Program-made: the position numbers and the translations under genes
In this document: piece after piece, positions 19,202 through 26,867 of the stretch
Layout: the number at the start of each line of letters is the position of its first letter
How positions within the stretch are numbered: position 1 is the first letter of the stretch
Assembly (NCBI GenBank): GCA_947487385.1
Contig: CANKWU010000007.1
Location: 7,894 to 71,893, forward strand
DNA: 64,000 bases
Direction: 5' to 3'
Source: Spartobacteria bacterium
GTDB taxonomy: Bacteria > Verrucomicrobiota > Verrucomicrobiia > Chthoniobacterales > UBA6821
The notes under the pieces: generated by a model
What the model saw: only the letters and a program-made list of their open reading frames with translations
The model's database searches: none
Told to the model about the DNA's origin: nothing

Positions 19202-20485
19202 TTAAAGAGTGGGCACCATTACGCGGATCAGCACGTTTGCGATCCCGCCGAGCAGGATAAGCGGAACAATGCTCACTTTCTTGGAGTGCAGCAAAAAGAA
19301 GGCGATCAGGGCTAGCAGTAGGGGAAGTGCTGAGGGTCGGCCTGAAGGCAGAAAGAGGGCCTCTGAAAACCAGAGGGCAAGGCAGGTCATCACAGACGTC
19401 ACCACAGCTCCTATTGCGGCAAGCCCGCCAGCCATGCGGGGATTCCGAGCAATCCCATCCAGATGGGGGGCCAGCGAAAAAATCCAAAGAAAGCTAGGCA
19501 GGAAAAGAGACCAGATGGCTGACAGGCTTCCCAATGTCGCGGAAAGTAGAGGTGACAGAATTCCCGGGGCCTTGTAGCAGCCCAGGAAAGCCACGAATTG
19601 CAGGGCGATCAGCAAAGGGCCAGGAGTTGTCTCGGCAAGACCTAGCCCGTCCATCATCTCCCCGGAGGAAAGCCATCCCCAGTCACCCGAGGCATGCAGT
19701 GAGACATAGGAGAGGGCCGCGTAGGCACCGCCGAAACTCAGCACCGCAACCTTGCCAAAGAAAAGTCCTACCTGAAACGGCATCGCCATGAACCCAAGCC
19801 AAAAGAACAGAGCCAGCATTGGAACCAGCCAAATTGCTAGAATGCTCAGGGCCATGCTTAGAGACGATAGGCAAGATCTCATCTGACTTCCCGACCTCGG
19901 TGGGGATTTCTCGGAGGACTCTTCCGGCGTCGAAGTTTTTTTCAGTAATAACCCCCCGATCAAACCGAATCCCAACACCACAACGGGATAGGGAATATGT
20001 GACAGAAAGAGACCAAAGGAAATCATGGCAATCAGTGCAAGCGGCCAACTGGTTATGGTCCGACGTGCGATCCTGAACAATGCAGAGGCAACGATCGCCA
20101 CCACAGCAGGCTTCAAGCCGTCAAAAAAGGAATGCATCAACGGCCAGTCGCGACCTGTCACATAGAGCAGACTTAGCACCCAGAGGAGTAGGACCGCAGG
20201 CAGAAGAAAGAGCACCCCGGCAGCGATTCCTCCCCGGATCCCGTGGAGACGCCACCCGAGATAGATGGCGAGTTGTTGGGCCTCCGGACCAGGCAGAAGC
20301 ATGCAAAATTGAAGAGCCCTCAGGAACTCGACTTCGTTGATCCATCCTCTTTTATCGACTACCTCGGCCTGGAGGATCGCGATCTGACCCGATGGCCCAC
20401 CGAAGCCGATACAGCCGATCTTTAACCAGAGACACACGGCCTCACCTAAGGTTGGCTTGGCTGGAGAGAGGTGGGCAACACCCAT
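19202..20485 (-). CDS. chrA: Chromate ion transporter (CHR family, two-domain)
   Basis: FGGPSGQIAILQAEVVDKRGWI in the first half and SFGGAYAALSYV in the second half mark the duplicated CHR domains. Confidence 0.8.
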   Translation of the reverse strand: MGVAHLSPAKPTLGEAVCLWLKIGCIGFGGPSGQIAILQAEVVDKRGWINEVEFLRALQFCMLLPGPEAQQLAIYLGWRLHGIRGGIAAGVLFLLPAVLLLWVLSLLYVTGRDWPLMHSFFDGLKPAVVAIVASALFRIARRTITSWPLALIAMISFGLFLSHIPYPVVVLGFGLIGGLLLKKTSTPEESSEKSPPRSGSQMRSCLSSLSMALSILAIWLVPMLALFFWLGFMAMPFQVGLFFGKVAVLSFGGAYAALSYVSLHASGDWGWLSSGEMMDGLGLAETTPGPLLIALQFVAFLGCYKAPGILSPLLSATLGSLSAIWSLFLPSFLWIFSLAPHLDGIARNPRMAGGLAAIGAVVTSVMTCLALWFSEALFLPSGRPSALPLLLALIAFFLLHSKKVSIVPLILLGGIANVLIRVMVPTL

Positions 20486-20507
20486 AACGGCTTGCTTTCG
20501 ACCCGTC

Positions 20508-23000
20508 TTATCCTTGGTTAAACAGCGGCAACTCTGCCGTCGGGTCGGGGGCTCCCTGCATCTTACGACGTGTTCCGGCCAGGGTTGGACGTCCCTCGGC
20601 GTTAAGTTCCGTTTTTTCCAGATTTGTCAGGATCTCCCACGCCCGTTCAATCACCGCGGGGGGAAGTCCCGCCAGACGAGCCACCTGGATGCCGTAGCTC
20701 CGGTCGGCTGCCCCTTGGATGATTTTTCTGAGAAAAATGATCCGGTCGTTCTGCTCCCGAACAGCAACATTCAGATTCCGAACGCCAGAACGTGTACGGG
20801 CAAGATCGGGGAGTTCATGGTAGTGGGTCGCAAAGAAGGTGCGGCATCCGGTGATATCATGCAGATACTCCGCGACGCTCCAGGCGATCGAAAGTCCATC
20901 GAAAGTCGCGGTGCCGCGTCCGATCTCATCCAGCAGGACAAGACTCCGGGAAGTGCCGTTGTGGAGAATATTCGCCGTCTCGTTCATCTCGACCATGAAT
21001 GTCGAATGTCCCCTCGAGAGATCGTCACTAGCTCCAACCCGGGTGAAGATCCGATCAGTCACACCGATCCGGGCCGACTTAGCGGGAATCCAACTTCCCA
21101 TCTGGGCCATAACGGTGAGAAGGCCGACCTGCCGAAGGTAGGTCGATTTACCGGCCATGTTCGGTCCGGTAATGATGCCCATGCGATGGTTGGCCGCATC
21201 GAGATCGGTGTCATTCGGCACAAAGGACTCTCCGCCGGCACGCTGATCGAGCACAGGATGACGCCCCTCGTGAATCTCGAGCATCATGGAATCATCCACC
21301 ACGGGACGGGCATAGCCAAAGAGTCGAGCCGTCTCTGCCAACGAGCAAAGGGTGTCGAGCGCACCTGCCGATGCTGCCGTTTCCTGCAGAGGTCTCACCT
21401 GATCCAGGACGGCGGAGCGGAGGCGTTGGAAAATTTCAATCTCGAGCGCTTTTGCCCTTTCCTCGGAACCGAGGATCCTACCCTCCATCTCCTTCAGCTC
21501 CGGGGTGATGAACCGTTCCCCTCCGGCTGTTGTCTGCTTGCGGGTGTAGTCGCCGGGAACGCTCCCAAGATTCGCCGTGGTGATCTCGATGAAATAGCCG
21601 AAGACAGCATTGAAACGGACTTTCAACGACTTGATCCCGGTGCGCTCAATCTCCGTTTCCTGCAACGCGGCAATCCAGCCCTTTCCCTCGGTGGAAGCAT
21701 TCCGGAGTTCATCCAGAGCAGCATCGAATCCAGCACGGATAATTCCTCCCTCGCGGATTGTGGGAGGAGGTTCATCGACAAGTGCGGATTGAAGAAGAAC
21801 GGTAAGTTCCGGAAGCAGATGGAGATGCTCCCCGAGTTCTCCTAGGAGGCTCCCTCCACACGAGGCAAGCGTTTCTCTAAGGGAAGGCAATGATCCCAAA
21901 GAAGAAGACAGAGTGGCAAGGTCGCGGGCATTGCCGGAATTCTGACTAAGTCGGGAGATGGAGCGCTCGATGTCACGGATTCCGCCGAGTTGATCGCGCA
22001 GATCGCCCAGCTTAATCTCTGAGGAGATCAGAAAACCTATGGCATCCTGCCGTCCGGTGATCGCGGCAGGATCAATTAACGGGCGCAGAACCCAGTCACG
22101 CAAGGTGCGGGCTCCCATCGGTGTAACGGTCTTGTCGAGCGCCCCGAGAAGGGTCATCCCCCGTCCGGCCCTCGAAGAGACAAGTTCCAGATGTCCCTGA
22201 GTGGAGGCATCCAGCAGAAGATGCTCGGCCTGCCGATAGCCCCTGAGGGAACGGAGATGCCCAGCATCGCGGCGAAGCGTGCGGGTCAAGTAATGGAGGA
22301 GAGCGCCGGCGGCGGTGATTCCAGACGGAATGTCATTCACGCCGAAGCCGTCCAAGGAGTGAACTTTGAAATGGGAAAGCAGTATCTCCTTCGAGGCCAT
22401 CGGATCGAAGAGATAGGTCTCCACCTCCTCGGGCTCAGCGAAACCAAGGGGCAACTCTTTCAATAAATTCTTACTCCCCTCGGGAACAAGAATCTCAGCG
22501 GGAGACATGCGCACCACCTCGTCTAAGACCGCCTCGGCGGAAGAGAGCTCCGTAATGTGGAACTCGCCTGTACTCAGGTCCGCACAGGCAAGGCCGAAGA
22601 GACCCCCTTCCTTGGCCGGGGGAAGAATTGCTGCGGTGAAATTATGACTTTTCTCCTCGAGTCCTGCATCTTCCAGGGTGCCTGGGCTGAGAATGCGGGT
22701 GATCTCACGTCGAACAAGTTTTCCTGGCTGGACCTCTCCCACTTGCTCGCAGAAAGCGACACGGCGACCGGCAGCAAGCAGCTTCTCCATGTAGCCGCGT
22801 GCCGCATGATAGGGGACGCCGCACATCGGCACGTCGCCGCGCTTCGTGAGTGCCACATTCAGGATCGCCGAGGCCTCCTTGGCATCGTCGAAGAACATCT
22901 CATAAAAATCACCGAGACGAAAAAGCAGGAACGTCCCCGGCGGTAGGTCGCGCCGCAGGGCGTGATACTGCTTCATCATCGGCGTTCCCTCGGCGGCCAT
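20508..23000 (-). CDS. mutS: DNA mismatch repair protein MutS
   Basis: TPMMKQYHALR at the N-terminus, Walker A GPNMAGKSTYLRQ, and STFMVEM. Confidence 0.95.
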   Translation of the reverse strand: MAAEGTPMMKQYHALRRDLPPGTFLLFRLGDFYEMFFDDAKEASAILNVALTKRGDVPMCGVPYHAARGYMEKLLAAGRRVAFCEQVGEVQPGKLVRREITRILSPGTLEDAGLEEKSHNFTAAILPPAKEGGLFGLACADLSTGEFHITELSSAEAVLDEVVRMSPAEILVPEGSKNLLKELPLGFAEPEEVETYLFDPMASKEILLSHFKVHSLDGFGVNDIPSGITAAGALLHYLTRTLRRDAGHLRSLRGYRQAEHLLLDASTQGHLELVSSRAGRGMTLLGALDKTVTPMGARTLRDWVLRPLIDPAAITGRQDAIGFLISSEIKLGDLRDQLGGIRDIERSISRLSQNSGNARDLATLSSSLGSLPSLRETLASCGGSLLGELGEHLHLLPELTVLLQSALVDEPPPTIREGGIIRAGFDAALDELRNASTEGKGWIAALQETEIERTGIKSLKVRFNAVFGYFIEITTANLGSVPGDYTRKQTTAGGERFITPELKEMEGRILGSEERAKALEIEIFQRLRSAVLDQVRPLQETAASAGALDTLCSLAETARLFGYARPVVDDSMMLEIHEGRHPVLDQRAGGESFVPNDTDLDAANHRMGIITGPNMAGKSTYLRQVGLLTVMAQMGSWIPAKSARIGVTDRIFTRVGASDDLSRGHSTFMVEMNETANILHNGTSRSLVLLDEIGRGTATFDGLSIAWSVAEYLHDITGCRTFFATHYHELPDLARTRSGVRNLNVAVREQNDRIIFLRKIIQGAADRSYGIQVARLAGLPPAVIERAWEILTNLEKTELNAEGRPTLAGTRRKMQGAPDPTAELPLFNQG

Positions 23001-23068
23001 GGTTTAGGTGATTAGTCTGAAGACTGAAGGCTAAAGGCTGTTCACGAGCCACTCTAAGAATATCGATC

Positions 23069-23857
23069 CTAGGAATTGAGGAAAGCTGTCAGAGGACTGG
23101 TCGCAATGGCATGCTCGGCGGCCATGGGCAATCCGGCAGCCACCGCTTCAGCGGCCCCCTCGACAGCCATCCGGAAAGCACGGGCCATGCGGACTGGATC
23201 ACCTGCGACGGCAATCGCGGTATTAACCAGTACGGCATCGGCCCCTAACTCCAAGGCCTCGGCTGCATGGCTAGGCGCTCCGATTCCCGCATCGACGATG
23301 ACAGGCACCGTCGCCTGCTCGATGATGATGGAGATTTGATGACGAGTCTCGAGGCCCCGGTTGCTCCCGATCGGTGAACCAAGCGGCATGACCGTCGCGG
23401 CTCCCGCTTCCTGCAGGCGCTTGGCCAGAACAGGGTCAGCATTGATGTAAGGAAGAACAGTGAACCCTTCAGCCACCAGCATCTCTGTCGCTTTCAGTGT
23501 CTCAATGGGATCTGGAAGCAGGTAGCGGGGGTCGGGATGGATCTCTAGCTTTACCCACTTCGGCAGACCTGCGGACGCGGAGAGGTGTGCCAGACGAAGA
23601 GCCTCCTCTGCCGTATTGGCGCCACTAGTGTTGGGAAGGAGGAGGTATTTCTCAGGGTCAATGAACTCCAGGATATTGGCAAAGGGATCTCCCTTCCCGG
23701 AGAGATCGGCACGGCGGAGCGCCACAGTAACGACCTGGGTGCCACTCGCGGCCAACGCCTCACTCATGACGGAGGCAGAGGAAAACTTTCCAGTTCCCAG
23801 AAAAAGGCGCGAGGAAAACTCACGCCCGGCAATGATCAGTGGCGATGCTGCAGACAT
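23069..23857 (-). CDS. thiG: Thiazole synthase
   Basis: [37 protein letters not shown] and VIVDAGIG are canonical ThiG motifs. Confidence 0.9.
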   Translation of the reverse strand: MSAASPLIIAGREFSSRLFLGTGKFSSASVMSEALAASGTQVVTVALRRADLSGKGDPFANILEFIDPEKYLLLPNTSGANTAEEALRLAHLSASAGLPKWVKLEIHPDPRYLLPDPIETLKATEMLVAEGFTVLPYINADPVLAKRLQEAGAATVMPLGSPIGSNRGLETRHQISIIIEQATVPVIVDAGIGAPSHAAEALELGADAVLVNTAIAVAGDPVRMARAFRMAVEGAAEAVAAGLPMAAEHAIATSPLTAFLNS

Positions 23858-24126
23858 TTCCCCTATGCTATTGGTGAAGTGGCAACCCGTGCAAGAAACC
23901 CCGACAGTGGGAGTTTTAAATATGGTATTGCTTGCGTGCTAAAGCGTCAGGAACTCAAAAAGGGAATCTAGGCAACCGCTGAATCAATCTTAGCGAGGCG
24001 CGCTGCTTGGAATTCTGAAACTAAGGCAAGGTGATTGGGAGGGAGCGTGTGAAAATCTACCCCAACTCCTCTCCTCTCGCCAGCAGTGCACTTTTTGGAC
24101 AGCCTCTTACGGATCAACTTACCCCG

Positions 24127-26244
24127 ATGATATCCCTCAGAAAGTCTTTGGTTCCGCGATCCATCGGACAGCGTTTTGCATTGGCCATCGGGACCGGGGC
24201 CTCTGGCATCCTGATCGCACTAGCATTAGTGAATTTCATTAACGGGAGTGAGTTGCTCTTGAATCAAGCCTCACAAGAGGCGATCAGGCAGGTCCATAAT
24301 GAGATTGGCAACTGGGACGACCAAATCGAACGGATCGGAATGCTTCCGAGGGTCATCGGAGCAATCGAGGTAGATAGTCAAAGCCAGGTAACAATCCCCT
24401 TGCTGGCAACCCTGCTAAAACGTACCACCGGCAACAGCGTCTTCGGCCTTTACATGTATCGTGAGGATTTAGACTGGCATGATCCCAAGTCGTACAGCTG
24501 GGTTAACCTCAAGAGTTGGCCCAATGCCGCATCCCCTACATACCTTGCTTACGACTTTCATGATCCTACGCAAGATTGGTATCGGGGAGCGAAGGAGGGC
24601 AAAGGACTGCACGTTACTCTCCCCTATTTTGCTGCGGGCGGCTCAGAAATCAACATGATCAGCATCACTAAGGCTGTACGCGATCCCTCCGGAAAATTCA
24701 TTGGAGTGGCAGGAGCCGATGTTTCCATGGAAGAAATGGAAAAGATGATCCGGGAGATGGATCTCCGTGATTTTGGGACAAATCGTTTTGTTAAAAACGA
24801 TGATCCCAAGAGTGCTAACTCAACAAGGATGGAGAAATATCCCGTCCAATCCTCCTACCTGATCTCAAAAACAGGCGCAGTGATCATCGGTCCCGGAATC
24901 GAAACAGAAAAGAGGGCTCGCAAACCGGGGTATCAGCATCCTGAAGAAAGCATGGAAACCCTTGCTGACCATGGCCTGCAACTCGCCCCTGAACATCTCT
25001 CGCAGATTCTCTCCACAGAGACCGGTTGGCTGCGTGTCGAACAAAATGGAGACAAGCTGATTTGTTGGGCTCAAAGCAAGATTACCGGATGGAAACTTAT
25101 TCGATCGGTTCCCTACAGCATGATCATTGCGCCAGCCAGTCACTTGGCATCGGAATCTCTTGTGATTGGAGGGGTCGGGCTTTTTGTGCTGATCGGTGTC
25201 GTGTTCTTCACTGCTCGCAGGATCTCGGAACCGATCACATCACTCCAGTCCGTCGCCACAAACTTTGAGCGCGGTTCCTATGATAAAGGGAGAGATGTAC
25301 TCAGCCGGATCGAAAAACGCCCCGACGAGCTGGGTCGGTTTGCCAAGAGCTTCTCCGCCATGGCGCAGGAAATCCACCTGAGGGAAGAGAGACTCTCGGA
25401 GTGGAACACCAACCTGGAAGTGACGGTGAAAGAACGAACTTCCGATCTGGCTGCCGCCATGTCCAAAGTCGAGAAAGTGAATGCCGCCATGGAGGCTGAA
25501 CTTGCAGAGGCAGCAGCTTACTCCCGTGCCGTACTGCCTGGGAAACTGACCACGCCCGTCACCACCGACTGGGTATTCATCTCTTCTTCGCAGCTCGGTG
25601 GGGATTCCTTCGGTTATCACTGGATCGACGACGACACCTTCTCCCTTTATCTGCTCGATGTCTGCGGTCACGGCGTGGGGGCGGCCTTGCTCTCCACTAG
25701 CGTGGTGAATGTCCTCCGCTCCTCCTCCCTTGCTGACACAAACTTCCTAGATCCTGCAAATGTTCTTGCTCAACTGAATGCCGCTTTCCCGATGGAGCGG
25801 CATAACGACATGTATTTTACTGCCTGGTATGGAGTCTACACCCTCTCCAACGGCACCCTGCGCTTCGCCTGCGGCGGACACCCTCCCGCCGTGCTCGTTG
25901 CGCCGGATGGAACGATCTCCAATTTGACTGCCAAGGGCACCGTCGTAGGGGCCTTCCCCAATCCCACCTACGAAACGGCTTCGACTGAAGTAACGCCGGG
26001 CTCCAGACTCTATCTTTTCAGTGACGGAACCTATGAAATCGATCGCCCCGACTCCACAATGATGACCCATCAGGAGTTTTCCGAAATCCTCAAAGCTCCC
26101 GTCACAACAGGAACTTCCAAACTGGAAACTGTTGTCATGGAGGTGCGGAAACAGCAGCAAAAGGAGGCCTTCGCGGATGATTTCTCATTGGTGGAGTTTC
26201 TCTTCCCCGATCACAACATCCCTCCCACGGCCTCCTCGGAGTGA
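24127..26244 (+). CDS. Membrane sensor: periplasmic Cache-like domain + HAMP + PP2C/SpoIIE serine phosphatase (RsbU-like), kinase domain lost
   Basis: Two TMs flank an extracytoplasmic domain of about 300 aa. An HAMP/coiled coil follows (RPDELGRFAKSFSAMAQEI), then a SpoIIE-type phosphatase (GGDSFGYHW...LLDVCGHGVGAALLS...LYLFSDG). The start is taken at ATG 24127 by alignment with the paralog. Confidence 0.8.
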   Translation: MISLRKSLVPRSIGQRFALAIGTGASGILIALALVNFINGSELLLNQASQEAIRQVHNEIGNWDDQIERIGMLPRVIGAIEVDSQSQVTIPLLATLLKRTTGNSVFGLYMYREDLDWHDPKSYSWVNLKSWPNAASPTYLAYDFHDPTQDWYRGAKEGKGLHVTLPYFAAGGSEINMISITKAVRDPSGKFIGVAGADVSMEEMEKMIREMDLRDFGTNRFVKNDDPKSANSTRMEKYPVQSSYLISKTGAVIIGPGIETEKRARKPGYQHPEESMETLADHGLQLAPEHLSQILSTETGWLRVEQNGDKLICWAQSKITGWKLIRSVPYSMIIAPASHLASESLVIGGVGLFVLIGVVFFTARRISEPITSLQSVATNFERGSYDKGRDVLSRIEKRPDELGRFAKSFSAMAQEIHLREERLSEWNTNLEVTVKERTSDLAAAMSKVEKVNAAMEAELAEAAAYSRAVLPGKLTTPVTTDWVFISSSQLGGDSFGYHWIDDDTFSLYLLDVCGHGVGAALLSTSVVNVLRSSSLADTNFLDPANVLAQLNAAFPMERHNDMYFTAWYGVYTLSNGTLRFACGGHPPAVLVAPDGTISNLTAKGTVVGAFPNPTYETASTEVTPGSRLYLFSDGTYEIDRPDSTMMTHQEFSEILKAPVTTGTSKLETVVMEVRKQQQKEAFADDFSLVEFLFPDHNIPPTASSE
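25480..25849 (+). repeat. Near-identical 370-bp block shared with 28236..28605 (gene-conversion tract)
   Basis: By manual alignment at constant offset 2756 there are 4 mismatches in 370 bp. The flanking homologous sequence is clearly more diverged. Confidence 0.85.
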
Positions 26245-26270
26245 ATGCCTAACTAAGAAAGCGTTAACTC

Positions 26271-26385
26271 ATCGAATCTCTCCGCGAGAGGAACCAAATG
26301 CCATCCGCTTCAGCGACCGTGGCAATGCGTTCAACCTGCTTGATCGGGACGCAGTCGAGGCAGACAAACCCGATCGAGCGATTTC
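26271..26385 (+). pseudogene. Fossil of an RsbW-like HATPase_c kinase domain (out of frame, after the stop of the upstream gene)
   Basis: The segment is alignable to 29169..29273 of the paralog. It translates in another frame to AIRFSDRGNAFNLLDRDAVEADKP, against ITIRFSDHGNPFNPLDRDEVDTDKP in the intact copy. Confidence 0.8.
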
Positions 26386-26736
26386 CTAGGCCACTGAGGA
26401 GCCGATCGCAACGAGTGCCTCGTCCCGCGTAGCGCAGACGGGATACGCGGTCTCAAACTGAGCGATATCGAAAATTCTTTTCACAGAAGGCTGGAGGGCA
26501 CAAACGGCCAAACCCCCACCGACCCGCTGCAACTGCCTCCCAAGCAGGAAGAACTCGCGAAAACCAGCACTACTCACGTACTCAAGACCAGCTAGGTCGA
26601 ACACAACACCTTTAGAGCCACATGACTCGATCTCCTTAGCCACGGAGTCCTTGATCATGTTCTGCTCGGTTGCATCAAGACGCCCTTTGAGTACTACGAC
26701 AAGGATGGGACCGGCTTTTTCGAATTGCAAATCCAT
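26386..26736 (-). CDS. STAS-domain anti-sigma-factor antagonist (RsbV/SpoIIAA-like)
   Basis: 116 aa. VVVLKGRLDA...VVFDLAGLEYVSSAGFREF places the phosphorylatable Ser in the D-x-x-x-x-x-x-S-S-x-G context. Confidence 0.85.
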   Translation of the reverse strand: MDLQFEKAGPILVVVLKGRLDATEQNMIKDSVAKEIESCGSKGVVFDLAGLEYVSSAGFREFFLLGRQLQRVGGGLAVCALQPSVKRIFDIAQFETAYPVCATRDEALVAIGSSVA

Positions 26737-26867
26737 AATTCAGATTAACTCAAAACGCTCCGAGGTCAAGTACTGCTCTCTCAATGTGTCGCAAGCAGAG
26801 GCAAACAGCGCCTGAGCATCCGCTTGGCATTGACCCATGGATAAACTATCACTTGCCTAAGAAGCAA

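Noticed and set aside
20457-21845. Long + strand ORF (462 aa) inside the mutS region
   Set aside because: It is entirely antisense to mutS, which has unambiguous motifs. The translation is low-complexity and Arg/Gly-rich with no recognisable domain, which is typical of shadow ORFs in GC-rich coding DNA.
23858-24030. Looked for a TPP (THI-box) riboswitch upstream of thiG
   Set aside because: I could not find the conserved CUGAGA and ACCUGAUCUGGAUAAUGCCAGCG-like elements on the minus strand. thiG may be co-transcribed or regulated otherwise. A covariance-model scan would be needed to be sure.
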